Source: Macrostomum lignano (Eukaryota). From it: a DNA stretch of 64,000 nt. How positions within the stretch are numbered: the first letter of the stretch is position 1; the number at the start of each line of letters is the position of its first letter. Position numbers and translations under genes: made by a program. Positions 49,360 to 63,300 of this stretch are shown one piece after another. A model generated the notes under the pieces. The model made no database searches. It was given only the letters and a program-made list of their open reading frames with translations, and was not told the origin of the DNA. Where the stretch lies: contig NIVC01000102.1 of NCBI GenBank assembly GCA_002269645.1, positions 81,950 through 145,949 on the forward strand, written 5' to 3'.

Positions 49360-52300
49360 TACTTACTTACTTACTTACTACTGACGGGGGGGGGCGCAGG
49401 CGCCGCGAATAGGCCGCGAGGCCCCTATCGCAACCCCAAGGTAAAAGAGCACAAGGATTAACCTTGGGGGTGCGCCCAGTCCCCGCCAGTAGTCGGCAGG
49501 TTCGCAGTGGAGGCATCGGCGACCCTCATCCGGCCAGAGTCCCGGACGAAGGCGCGCAGGTCACGGATATTGTCCGGGGTGGTCAGCTCGTCCATCCGCT
49601 GGGGGTGGCCGAGGTATTTGTGCCGCGCCTTGTTGAAGTAAGGGCAGAAGGTGACGTGATGCTCCGCGGTCTCCTCTCCTATGCCACAGAAAGGACAGGT
49701 GGGAGGGCAGCCGGTTTGCAACGATATATGTCTCTGCAAGAATCCATGGCCGGTTAGGACCATGCACATCTCCCTGAGGTCGGTTCTGTTAAGCGAAATC
49801 AGATAATCAGAGACTTTCCTGTTCAGGTTAGGCATGGCAGAGCGGCTCTGCCTGTACTCGGTGCAGCTGTTCCAGTGGAGCTGGTGCTGCTGATGGAGCC
49901 ACCTGTTGATATGGCGGGTGACTTGCGACCTGGGAGTGGGTAGCCTCATCAGACGGTGGTTGCTGCCCTCCTTGGCGAGAGAGTCCGCGAGCTCGTTGCC
50001 CAAGATGTTGCTGTGACCAGGTGTCCAGATAATTCTAATCCTGTTAAGGACTGAGAGAGATTGCACACTGCGGTGGCATTGGGATACTGTAGCAGCGGAG
50101 ATATTCTCAGTGGTTAAGGCCTTAATAGCAGCTTGGCTATCAGTGTAGAAATTAATGTCAAAGTTATTAATGTTCGCCTGAAGCAGTTGCTGGGCACACT
50201 GCTCAATGGCGCAAATTTCAGCTTGGAAAACTGAGGTGTTCTCACCGAGGTGCAGACTTTCCTGGAAAAGCATCTTACCCTCGTGGAAAATGGCAATACC
50301 CGCTCCAGCGCGGCCGTTGAACAGCGAGCCGTCGGTGAAGCAGTGAATGCCCTGGCTGCGCCGGTTCACACCGACATCCAGCGGAATATTGTCTCGGCCA
50401 GGGATGGCGGTCTTGAAGCCCCTCCTGATGTTGAGGGCGGGAGGTCGACTATCCACATTGCCCAGGTCCATGTGGATGTTGTTGAGGTCGCGGCGGACAA
50501 AATCCATATGCGGGATTAATGTTTTCATTGGCATAAAGCCAGAGGGTGCGTTATTTAACGTTTTATCTCTGATAAGCCGGGAGGCAGACTTCATAGCCTC
50601 CGCCCTAATGAATAGGTGAAGCGGAGGCAGGTTAAGGATAGTGTTCAGCCCCTCGTAGGGGGTAGACGGGTACGCACCTGTGATGGCACGGCAAATGCTG
50701 CCCTGAAGCTGGTACAGGCGCTGACGGGCGGTCTTCTGCTCCAGCACGCTAGTCCAGATGAGACTCGCGTATGTGATACTGGGCCGGATGATGCCGGTGT
50801 AAATCCAACGGACCGTTCTAGGCGAGAGGCCCCAAGTCGGCCCGATGGCTCTGCGCAGCTGGGCAAAGCAGCGTTTTGCCCGACCGATGACGTTATCAAG
50901 GTGCTTCGTCCAGCGCAGGTCATGCGTTAGCGTCACACCGAGGTATTTGACCTACTTCTTGAAGGGGATGTTTCTGCCATAGACGGTGAGGTTTTTCATC
51001 TCCCACGCACGGCGCTTGGGAAAACGACAGCGACAGTCTTGGTGACGCTGATATTTAGGCCATGCTGCGTAGCCCAGTCGGCCGCCTTGTCGGCGAATTG
51101 CTGCATCAGGTTGCGCAGAGTGGCGGGGTCGGGTCCGCTGACGACCGCGGCAACGTCATCGGCGTAGCCCGCCCTGGTGATACTGCTGGGAATGTCAGCG
51201 GTTAGAAGTTCGTCCATGACGAGATTCCAAAGAAGTGGAGTTAGCACGCCACCTTGAGGGCCGCCTTTCATCACCGCTCGGGTGTAGGTAACGCCCATAA
51301 GCGTAGATGTCGCAAACCTATTGCGGATCATAAAATAAATCCAGCGAACAATGCTGTGTCTCACATTCCTGCGGGAAAGAGAGTTTCTGAAGGAGCGGAA
51401 AAGGACATTGTCAAACGCTCCTTCGAAGTCAACAAACATCCCGCAAGCGAGTTGTTTGCTAAGGATGGCACTCTCGATCTTGGAGGTAATGGCATGGAGA
51501 GCATGCTCAGTCGTCTTTCCAGGCTGGAAGGCGTACTGGTACTTACTGACGGCGTCGGAGCGCAGGTCGCACTCTCGAAGCCTCCACAGGATGAGCCTCT
51601 CCATCAGCTTAACACAAAAGGAAGTGAGGCTGATGGGCCGGAAGGATTTCACATTGGTGTAGTCACCCTTGGCGGGTTTCGGGATGAACACGACTCTGGA
51701 CATTCTCCAGATTGTGGGAATGTAACCTGTAGTAAAACAGTCAACAAGCAATTTAGAGAGAGAATCAGCAAAGTTTTGCAGCTTAAGCGCCTCCTGAAGG
51801 ATACAGGGGGCGATATTGTCAGGGCCAGGCGATTTACAATATACGGTTTAAAAGAATTTGCCGCCAGCTGGAGCAGCCGGGGACTGGCGCACTGCTGGAA
51901 AAGCGGACGGTCACAAGGCCTGTGGTCTTCGACCACGTACTCCGGTTCGTCAACCTGCGGAAAGCAGGTGGAGAAAAGAAGATTTAGCGAACCTTCGGTA
52001 CTGGTAGTGTAGTTACCATCTAGGTGCAGAAGGGAGTTACACTGAGAGAGTGTGTCGTGCCTGAGAGTCCTGACCAGCAGGGCTGTGGGGTGTTGCCCTT
52101 CCAGGCTGGCGCAGTAGGCTTTCCAGGTGGTCTTCTTAGCCCTTCGGATAGCACTTTTGTACATCCTCAGAGCAGAGTGGTAGTTCTCCCAATCCTCTGG
52201 GGTATTCGAGCCGTTTGCGAGGCGTTGCAGTCGGCGGGTGTTCTTCTTCATGCGAGTGAGTTGACTCCACCAAGGAGAGTATTTCTTCCTGCAATACAAC

Positions 52301-52975
52301 TTAGGGGCGTTAGCGCGTATGGCGGTGTTTAGGATCTCAACGAGGGAGTTGCACCGATGCTCAATGCCAGGGAGATCCTCGCTGGAGTCCGGTAAATTGG
52401 CTTCGGTTAGGAGTTTTAGCAGGTCTCTTCGGAAACCTGTCCAGTCGGCCTTTTTCAAATTAAGGCGGTCTCGGTTCTCATGACGGGCTCCGACGGAGCT
52501 GATGCTGTACTGGATGTACGAGTGGTCGGAAAGCGATGGAAAGTCATCCCTAACCAGCCAGTTGTGGACCTGATTGAGGGCGTTGTTGGAAACGAGAGTG
52601 AGGTCGATAACCTCACGCCGATTAGAAACAATAAATGTGGGTTTGCTGCCCCTGTTACAAATGTGTAACGAGGAGGAGTTAATGAAATCAATAAGTAAGT
52701 CACCGCGCCTGTTAGTATCGCTACTAGACCAGGCAGTGTTGTGGGCATTAGCATCGCAGCTGACGATTAGCTTCCGGTCCTGGAGGTTACAGAAGTCCGC
52801 CAGTTCCTGCAGGAGGGGGGGAGGGACGTCTTCCTGGATGTCTAGGTAGGCGGAAACGAAGGTCAAGTCAAAGACTGAGAAAGTACACATGTCTTTAGAG
52901 CAAAACATTGGCATAATAGTGGCCGGGAGGTCGTTTTTGACGAGGGCGATTGCCCTGGGGGTGTCGTTCGGTTTA
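49360..52975 (-). mobile_element. 5'-truncated, inactivated non-LTR retrotransposon (APE-RT-RNaseH-CCHC; LOA/I/R1-group-like)
   Basis: APE: CDANAH, IDLTL, SDH. RT: KSPGPD, FRPISL, QYAF, DFEGAFD, GGPQGGVLTPLLW, YADD, KYLG. RNase H: TDGS, FQAE, TDS, WTPGH, GNELAD. CCHC: CPFCG...EHHVTFC. The 3' tail is (TAAG)n at ~49361-49380. Lesions: 5-bp insertion ~51835-51841, 1-bp deletion ~51018-51021, TAG at 50952-50954. Confidence 0.95.
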
Positions 52976-53310
52976 ATTCATTAAAATTCATTAATTTAAG
53001 CGAGACCAAAAAAAGTTCAGACTGAAAAATAAACTTGGAATATCGCGAAATTTGGCCGTTACGTGTACAATGTACACCTCTATCAGTACGATCAGACAGA
53101 GCTTCAGAGTAAGATCTACCTGGATATTCAGTCGCGCTCTGGTGTTCAGAGATAACCTATTTTTCAAGTATTCGTCACCTTTAAAGTCTATCCAGTTTTG
53201 CTTGCGGCATGTTTTCTCACTGACACTGAAGTACGCAATAATAATATTTTTGCACATTTTCTTATCACCGTGCACAAAAATTTTGCCTTTGACTTTTTAT
53301 TTAGGAGAGC

Positions 53311-56300
53311 ACTAGCAATCTACGCCCCCCCCGTTGGGGAGCCAAAGAAATGCAATACACGTTTTTTTAATAAGCTACATGTATCCTTGAAATCTTAAAA
53401 AATCTCCTATCAAACCTTGTAAGCCTTGACATGTCAGTAATTCCCCCCCCACAAGCTTTAACATATCAACTTCCCCCCTTGACATCTCAGCCATGCCCCC
53501 AATAAGCCTTGGAAATCTAAAAATATCTGTCAACCTTCTAACCCTAACCCTAACCTAACCCTAAAGCATTGAAATTTCAGTAATTCTCTCTAAGAGTCAT
53601 TATAGCACTACTACAGCATTATAGCGATTCCCTGCAAGCCTCGACATCGTAGGGATTCCCAAATGAATATCTTAACTTCGACATGAAGCTTCTTTTATTT
53701 TTTACATTACGCTTTTTTAATCAGCGATCCCTCCCCTGAGGAGGCATCAAATAATGTAATAAAAAGTTTTCAATAAACTACATGTAGCTTCTGACTTTAG
53801 CCTTGAAATCTCATTTATACCCCGTGAGCCTTGACATCTCAGCTATTCCCCCCGTAAGCCTTGACATGTCAGCGATGGCCTCCATAAACCTTGAAATCTG
53901 AAAAATCCCCTGCTAACCTTGAAACTCGATAAAATATAACCCTCAACCCACACCTGACCTAAACCTAACTTTAACCCAACATAAAGCCTTGAAATCTCAG
54001 CAATTCTTCTCCCCTAAGCCTTGACATTTTAGTGATTCCTTCTTTAAGAATCACAGCACTATAACGATTTCCACCTAGCTTTGACATCGTAGCAATTCCC
54101 AAATGAATCTTTTAACTTCGACATGACTTTTCTTTTATGTATATATAGTGCTACTTTTATTTTTTACATGACTCTTCTTCTATCAGCGCCTCCCGTGGCG
54201 AGCCAACAAAGAATGCAATAAAAAAAATTGAGTAAAGTACATGAACTTTGAATTAGCTTCTGACTTTTGCTTTGACATCTCAGAAACCCCCCCCCGTAAT
54301 CTCAGTTATTCTCTGAGAGCCTTGACGTCTCAGTTTTTCTCCCCAGCACAGCATTATAGCTGCATTTAATTTTTCCATGACACCTTTCATGTCTGACATG
54401 ACGCTTCTTTTATTCTACTATGATGCTTCTTAATTTTTTAAATGACACTTTCATTAGTTTTTAAATGACGCTTCTATGATTTTTTCATGACGCTTCTATG
54501 ATTTTAACATGACGCTTCTATGATTTTTTCATGACGCTTCTATGATTGTTTACATGACGCTTCTATGATTGTTTATATGACGCTTCTATGATTTTTAAAA
54601 TGACGCTTCTATGATTTTTTAAATGACGCTTCTATGATTGTTTACATAACGCTTTTATGACTTTTACATGACGCTTCTATGATTGTTTACATGACGCTTC
54701 TATGATTTTTTACATGACTCTTCTATGATTGTTTACAGGGCGCTTCTATGATTGTTTACATGGCGCTTCTATGATTGTTTACATGACGCTTCTATGATTG
54801 TTTATATGACGCTTCTATGATTTTTTACATGACGCTTCTATGATTGTTTACACGATGCTTCTATGATTTTTTTCATGACGCTTCTATGATTTTTTACATG
54901 ACGCTTCTATGATTTTTACATGACGCTTCTATGATTTTTACATGACGCTTCTATGATTGTTTACATGACGCTTCTATGATTGTTTATATGACGCTTCTAT
55001 GATGTTTACATGACGCTTCTATGATTTTTTACATGACGCTTCTATGATTGTTTACACGATGCTTCTATGATTTTTTACATGACGCTTCTATGATTTTTTA
55101 CATGACGCTTCTATGATTATTTCATGACGCTTCTATGATTTCTGCAGGACGCTTCAATGATTTTTACATGACGCTTCTATGATTGTTTACATAACGCTTC
55201 TATGATTGTTTGCATGACGCTTCTATGATTGTTTATATGACGCTTCTATGCTTTTTACATGACGCTTCTATGATTTTTTACATGACGCTACTATGATTTT
55301 TACATTACGCTTCTATGATTGTTTACATGACGCTTCCATGATTGTTTACATGACGCTTCTATGATTTTTTACATGACGCTTCTATGATTGTTTACATGAC
55401 GCTTCTATGATTGTTTACATGACGCTTCTATGATTTTTAAATGACGTTTTTTTGATTTTTATATGACGCCTCTATGATTTTTTAAATGACGCTTCTATGA
55501 TTTTTATATTACGCTCTTACGATTTTTTACATGACTCTTCTATGATTTTTACATGACGCTTTAATGATTTTTTTCATGACGCTTCTACGATTTTTTACAA
55601 GAAGCTTCTATGATTGTTTACATGACGCTTCTATGATTGTTTGCATGACGCTTCTATGATTGTTTACATGACGCTTCTATGATTTTTTACATGACGCTTC
55701 TATGATTATTTCATGACGCTTCTACGATTTCTGCAGGACGCTTCAATGATTTTTACATGACACCTCTATGATTGTTTACATGACGCTTCTATGATTTTTT
55801 ACATGACGTTTTTTTGATTTTTATATGACGCCTCTATGATTTTTTAAATGACGCTTCTATGATTTTTATATTACGCTCTTACGATATTTTACATGACGCT
55901 TCTATGATTGTTTACACGATGCTTTTATGATTGTTTGCATGACGCTTCCATGATGTTTATATGACGCTTCTATGATTGTTTACACGATGCTTCTATGATT
56001 GTTTACATGACGCTTCTATGATTGTTTACATGACGCTTCTATGATTGTTTGCATGACGCTTCTATGATTGTTTACATGACGCTTCTATGATTTTTTACAT
56101 GACGCTTCTTTGCTTTTTACATGACGCTTCTTTGCTTTTTACATGATGCTTCCACGATTTTTTACATGACGCTTCTATGATTTTTTACATGACGCTTCTA
56201 TGATTATTTCATGACGCTTCTACGATTTCTGCAGGACGCTTCAATGATTTTTACATGACACCTCTATGATTTTTACATGACGCTTCTATGATTTTTTACA

Positions 56301-56780
56301 TGACGTTTTTTTGATTTTTATATGACGCCTCTATGATTTTTTAAATGACGCTTCTATGATTTTTATATTACGCTCTTACGATATTTTACATGACGCTTCT
56401 ATGATTGTTTACATGATGCTTTTATGATTGTTTACATGACGCTTCTATGATTGTTTACATGACGCTTCTATGATTGTTTGCATGACGCTTCTATGATTGT
56501 TTACATGACGCTTCTATGATTGTTTACACGATGCTTCTATGATTGTTTACATGACGCTTCTATGATTGTTTACATGACGCTTCTATGATTGTTTGCATGA
56601 CGCTTCTATGATTGTTTACATGACGCTTCTATGATTTTTTACATGACGCTTCTTTGCTTTTTACATGATGCTTCCACGATTTTTTACATGACACTTCCAC
56701 GATTTTTTACATGACGCTTCTATGATTTTTTACATGACGCTTCTATGATTTTTTACATGACGCTTTTATGATTTTTTTAG
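53311..56780 (-). mobile_element. Helitron-like non-autonomous element with CCCTAA repeats (53539-53564), an internal ~420-bp duplication and a long 23-bp minisatellite; 5' end not located
   Basis: Minus-strand 3' end CCCC-AAC-GGGG hairpin then CGTAGATTG-CTAG|T, the same terminus as 47203; AGCATTATAGC motif shared with 47468. Confidence 0.55.
54400..56780. repeat. ~23-bp minisatellite (ACATGACGCTTCTATGATTGTTT), ~100 copies
   Basis: Period 23 (54781 to 54804), with T-run length variants. Confidence 0.96.
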
Positions 56781-57379
56781 TTTTCTTGGCGTTAAAAAGC
56801 TTTAATTAAAAAACTCTACTCTCTAAAAATTCGAACCATCGTTTCTGCATTTAGCAGTTCAGTCTGTTTACCTCTAGGCTAGCTCTCATCGTTTTGATAA
56901 CATGAATTCAGCACTTATAATTATAAGTTTCAAAACTCCAAGCATAGAGTAAATCACACGAGGCAGTTATTACATAATCAATTTCTCAGTCAGTCAGTAT
57001 CAGTTAACAATATTGTTGCGCAATCTAAATCAAGTCTGGTGCTACGCTTCCACACTGCATTTTCAATACTGTGACGCAATTCAAGTCGGAGTTACAATTC
57101 AGTTATGATGTAATCCATTTCAGAATCAGAATTCAACCAGTCAGTTTTTTCTCTAGCATTCTTACAATGCATTTCAAGTCGAAAAGTTTGCTTGACCTTT
57201 GCAAAAAGCATGTTTTTCGAATATTTAATCGCTTTAACATGGAGCAATTTCTTAGCCAAGATGCATGTACCGTCCCAGGAAAATTTCTGATCGAACAGTG
57301 CAAGTTCGAAGAAAATCGGTCCAGCCATTTTTTCTCTAATCGATTGCGTACAAACAAACAACTCATTTTTAGTATATAC

Positions 57380-60300
57380 GAGGCCAACTCCTCCTCTGGA
57401 GGAGAAAGGGGAAGAACTCCCATCACCGGAATTCCATTCCCTGATCTCCATCAGCTGAATCCCATCATCTAACTGTTCTCCAAATCCATTAAAATCCTCT
57501 CCGTGAAACTGAACACCATCGAAATCCTCTCCGCGAAACAGAAATCCTCTCCGCGAAACTGGACCCAATCGAAATTTTCTCCGTCAAACAGAACTCAACT
57601 CTCAGGATTCATTAGTTAGGGTTAGGGTTAGAGCTGCACAGAGCTGCAGGTTGAAAGGCGCCGATAAAAATATAAATTAATTGAATCAATTTATTGCGCA
57701 ACCGTTTTCTCATTCAGTCAGTATCAGGCTCAGGTAAAGTTAACGAAATGATTGCGCAATCTAAATCAACCCTCCAATACACAGCGACTGAACCCCTTCC
57801 GCAGTGGCAATTAAAAGTTGAACCGCCCCCCCCCCTCCCACCAACTGTTGGGGGGTTGGTCGAACCCCCATTGAACCCCAAAATGAGTACAATATTTCCA
57901 GAAAGTAAAAAGTATTGAAGTGGTTTTCGATCGCTGTGTTTTTTCTTTTCACATTTAAAACAAACAACTTATATCCCCGAACTCAGTGTTGCGAGATCTT
58001 TCCAGCAATATAAGTATATTCTTTTAAAGTTTAGAACTCGAAGAACAGTTTGCGTTTGAAATGTCCCGATTTAAAGCATTGAAGTATCGAGTGTACGTTC
58101 ACCTGCCTGCTAAAAAGGCTCGCAAGTTGATGCATTGAATTTCAGTGTGCAAAAAATACACCGGGCTGCCTAATTGAAAATCAGAGCACATATCGTTGCG
58201 CGATTGTCTATACAGTCAGCCCGTGCGCCAAGGTCCAAGTGTACACACGCCGCCACTGAGAACGCAAGCACCCCCACTGGAGAGAAAATACACTGCAGAG
58301 ATAGGAGAAAGTTATGGCGCAATCACTCAAAATTCATGCAAGTTTTCAGCTCCAAGCAGAAAGAGGGGACAAATAAGATTATCAAAGGTCAATATTGCAG
58401 TTTTTTGCTTTTTTCGGGATCTTAAAATGCAAAAATAAAAAATTGAAATAGCCCACTGCCATCCTCGGAAAATTTGCAGTTTTCCCATATAAGTTTCGAC
58501 GCTGACTTGCAAGTCGTCTAGGAGGAGATATGTATCACACAGACAAACAACGCACCACTTTTAGTATTTACGAGGCCAACTCCTCCGATGGAGGAGAAAG
58601 GGGAAGAACTCCCATCACCGGAATTCCATTCCCTGAACTCCATCAGCTGAATCCCAAGACCCGAATCCCATTATCTAACTGTTCTCCAAATCCATCAAAA
58701 TCCTCTCTGTGAAACTGAACACGATCGAAATCCTCTCCGCGAAACAGAAATCCTCTCCGTGAAACTGGACTCAATCGAAAGTTTCTCCGTCAAACAACTA
58801 AACTCTCAGGATTCAGTGGTTAGGGTTAGGGTTAGGGTTGGAGCTGCACAGAGCTGCGTGTTGAAAAGGTCCGATAAAAAATGAGATAATTGAATCAAAA
58901 GATTGCGCAATTTACGCTCGTATTTCTAAGTCAGTCAGTATCAGTCTCAGTTAAAGTTAACAAAAATATTGCGCAATCTAAATCAACCCTCCATCCAATA
59001 CACAGCGACCGACCCCCTTCCAATACGCAGTGGCAATTAGAAATTGAACCCCCCCCAACTGTTGGGGGGTCAGTCGAACACCATTGAACTCCTAAAATGA
59101 GTACAATCTTTGCAATAAGTTAAAAGTATGGAAATAGTTTTTCCAATGCAGAGCATTTAGTTTTCATATTTAAAGCAAACAATTTATATCCCCGAACTCA
59201 GCGTTGCAAGTTCTTTCCAGCAATATAAGTCTCTCCTCTCAAAGTTAAAAACTCCAGCAACAGTCTGAGTTTGAAATTTGCCGATTTATAGCATTGCAAT
59301 ATTGAGTGTACGTTCATACGTTCACTGCCTGCTAAAGAGGCCCGCAAGTTTATTCATTGAATTTCACTGTCTAACCAATGCACAGGGCAGTCAATTGAAA
59401 GGCGCTGATAATAAAACCAATTGAATCTCAGCACAATAGCCATATAATTGCGCTTACTTACCCACCACCCCACGAAATACACACAGTTCAATTTTTCAGC
59501 CGGGGTCCGCTTGTACACACGCTGCCACTGAGAACGCGACCAACCCCCACTGGCGAGAAAATACACTACAGAGATAGGAGAAAGTTGTGGCGCAATCGCT
59601 CAAAATCATGCAAATTTTCGGCTCCGAGCAGAAAAAGTGTCCAGAGAAGGTTAGGAAATCAGTTTTCTGCTTTTTTAGGGATCTTAAAATGTGAAAATAA
59701 AAAATTGAAATAGCCCACTGCAGTCCCCGGAAAATTTGCAGTTTCCCCATATAAGTTTCAACGCTGACTTGCAAGTATTCTAGGAGGAGTTATGCAACAC
59801 ACAAACAAACAGACAAACAAACAAACAATCATCGCACCAACTTTAGTATTAGGAGACGAGGCCAACTCCTCCGCTGGAGGAGAAAGGGGAAGAACTCCCA
59901 TCACCGGAATTCCATTCCCTGAAATCCACTAACTGAATCCCATCATCCAACTCCTCGCCGCAAAACTGAACACCATCAAAATTCTCTCCACGAAACAGAA
60001 ATCCTCTCCGTGAAACTGAAAACCATCGAAATCCTCTCCGCAAGACAGAAATCATCTCCAAGAAACTGAAAACCATTGAAATTCTCTCCGTGAAACTGGA
60101 CTCAATCGAAATTTTCTCCGTCAAAGGGAATAAACTCCTAGGATTCAATGGTTAGGGTTAGGGTTAGGGTTAGGGTTAGAGCTACACACAGCAGCGTGTT
60201 GAAAGGCGCCGATAAAAAAATTGAACCAATTGAATCAGTTGAATGCGCAACCAATTTCATAGTCATTCAGTATCAGTCTCGGTAAAATTAGGAAAAAAAA

Positions 60301-63300
60301 TTGCGCAATCTAAATCAACCCTCCAATACACAGCGACCGACCCCTTCCAATACGCAGTGAAGGTTAGAAATTCAACCCCCCCCCCTAACTGTTGGGGTGT
60401 CGGTCGAACCCCCATTGAACCCGTAAAATGAGTACAATCTTTGCAGAGAGTTAAAAGTATTGAAATATCGTCTTTGCTTTTGCTTTGCTTTTTGCTTTCA
60501 TATTTAAAGCAAACAACTTATATCCTCGAAGTCAGCATTGAAAGATCTTTCCAGCAATATAAGTCTCTTCTCTCAGAGTTCAAAACTCGAGGAACAGTTG
60601 GCGTTTGAAATATCCCAATTTAAAGCATTGAACTATCGAGTGTACGCATACGTGCACTGCCTGCTAAAAAGGCTTGCAAGTTTATTCATTGAATTCCACT
60701 GCCGCCCCAGCACCCTCAACACAGGGGGGTTTGGTTAAGTTCTCAGTGCACACAGTTGTGGCGCAATCGCTAAAAATTGATGTCAACCGGCCCAGCTTAC
60801 ACCCCTTCAGTTGAAAGAATACACTGCACAGATAGGCCGGCTGTTGTGGCGCAATAATTGTAAATTACGCAAGATGTTCAAATTCCCCTATTGTTTTACT
60901 ACTTCTGCTTTTTTAGGGATCTTAAGACGTGAAAATAAAAAATTGAAATAGCCCACTGCCATCCTCGGAAAATTTGCAGTTTTCCCATGTAAGTTTCAAC
61001 GCTGACTTGCAAGTCATCTAGGAGGAGATATGTATCACACAAACAGACAAACAACGCACCAACTTTAGTATTAAGACGAGGCCAACTCCTCCGATGGAGG
61101 AGAAAGGGGAAGAACTCCCATCACCGGAATTCCATTCCCTGAAACCCCTTAGCTGAATCCCATGACCCGAATCCCATCATCAAAACATCTCCAAATCCAT
61201 CAAACTCCTCTCCGTGAAACAGAAATCCTCTCCGTGAAACTGAAAACCATCGAAATCCTCTCCGTAAAACTGGACTCAATCGAAATTTTCTCCGTCAAAA
61301 AGAACTCAACTCTCAGGGTTCAGTGCCATCAGTGGTCTAGGGTTAGGGTTAGAGCTGCACAGAGCTGCGGGTTGAAGGCGCCGATAAGAATATTGAATTA
61401 ATTGAATCAATTTATTGCGCAACCGATTTCTCATTTAGTCAGTATCAGGCTCAGGTAAAGTTAACAAAATGATTGCGCAATCTAAATCAACCCTCCAATA
61501 CACAGTGGCAGTAAGAAGTTGAACCCTTCCCATAACTTTATCTATTACGTCTCGCGAAACTAAGTGCAATCTTTGCAGAAAGTTAAAAGTTCGGAAATAG
61601 TTTTTGAATGCTGTCCTTTTTGTTTTCATATTTAAAGCAAACAACTTATACCTCCAAACTCAGTGTTGCAAGCTCTTTCCGGCAATATAAGTTTTTTCTC
61701 TTAAAGTTTAGAACTCGAGGAGCAGTTAGCGTTTACAACTTTCCGATTTAAAGCATTGAAATATCGAGTGTACGCTCACCGCCTGTTAAAGCGACTCGCA
61801 AGTTATGCAATGAATTTAACTGTCCTACAATACACAGGCTTCATATTGAAAGGCAGAACAACTTAACAGTAGCCAAATCATTGCGCAATCATCTATACAG
61901 TGCGCCAGTGAGCTAGGGTCCAATTGTACACACGCAGCCACTTAGAACGCCCCATCCCCCAACTGGAGAGAAATGCACTGGCGAGATAGGAGAAAGTTAT
62001 GGCGCAAGCAATCAAAATTGATGCATTTTATCAGCTCCGAGCAGAAAGAGGGGACAAATAAGATTATCAAAGGTCAAGATTGCAGTTTTCTGCTTTTTTA
62101 GGGATCTTAAAATGTGAAAATAAAAAATTGAAATAGCCCACTGCAGTCCCCGGAAAATTTGCAGTTTACCCATATAAGTTTCAACGCTGACTTGCAAGTA
62201 TTCTAGGAGGAGTTATGCAACACACAAACAAACAGACAAACAAACAAACAATCATCGCACCAACTTTAGTATTAGGACGAGGCCAACTCCTCCGATGGAG
62301 GAGAAAGGGGAAGAATTCCCATCACCGGTACTCCATTCCCTGAAATGCCATTCCCTGAATCCCATCATCCAACTCCTCTCCGCGAAACTGAACATCATCG
62401 AAATCTTCTCCGTAAAAGAGAACTCCATCAAACACCTCTCCGTGAAACTGACATTCATCAAAATCCCCTCCGAGAAATAGAAATCCTCTCCGTGAAACTG
62501 GACTCCATGGAAATCCTCTCCGTGAAACTGACATTCATCAAAATCCCCTCCGAGAAACAGAAATCCTCTCCGTGAAACTGGACTCCATGGAAATACTCTC
62601 CGTGAAACTGACATTCATCAAAATCCCCTCCGAGAAACAGAAATTCTCTCCATTAAACTGGACTGAATCGAAATTTTCTCCGTAAAAAAGAATCAACTCT
62701 CAGGATTTAGTGGTTAGGGTTAGGGTTAGGGTTAGGGTTAGAGCTACAACGCAGCAGCGTGTTGAACCAATTGAATTAATTAAATGCGCAACCGATTTCA
62801 CAGTCAGTCAGTATCAGTCTCGGTAAAAAGTTAACAAAAAGATTGCGCAAACTAAATCAACCCTCCAATACACAGCGACTGACCCCCTTCCAATACGCAG
62901 TGGCAATTAAAAGTTGAACCCCCCCCCTCCCACCAACTGTTGGGGGGTTGGTCGAACCCCCATTGAACTCCAAAATGAGTACACTGCCGAAAGTTAAAAG
63001 TATGGAAATCGTTTTTTAAATGCTGTGCTTTTTGTTTTCACATTTAAAGCAAACAACTTATATCCCCGAACTCAGTATTGCAAGATCTTTCCAGTAATAT
63101 AAGTCTCTCCTCTGAAAGTTTAAAACTCGAGGAACAGTTAGCGCTTGAAATTTCCTGATTTAAAGCATTAAAGTATCGAGTGTACGTTCACAGCCTGCTA
63201 AAGAGGCTCGCAAGTTTATTCATTAAATTTTACTGCCCAGCAAATACACATGGCTGCCTATTGAATGCCGCCGATAATAAAACCAATTAAATCTCGACAC

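Noticed and set aside
48607-49461. 284-aa and overlapping ORFs
   Set aside because: Read-through of 38-bp and 15-bp tandem repeats into the LINE tail
49464-52849. Plus-strand and alternate-frame ORFs over the retrotransposon
   Set aside because: Shadows of the GC-rich APE-RT-RNaseH coding frame
49340-52990. Target-site duplication of the LINE
   Set aside because: Flanks (AAGAACACAAGATCTA vs TTAATTCATTAAAATTC) share no direct repeat
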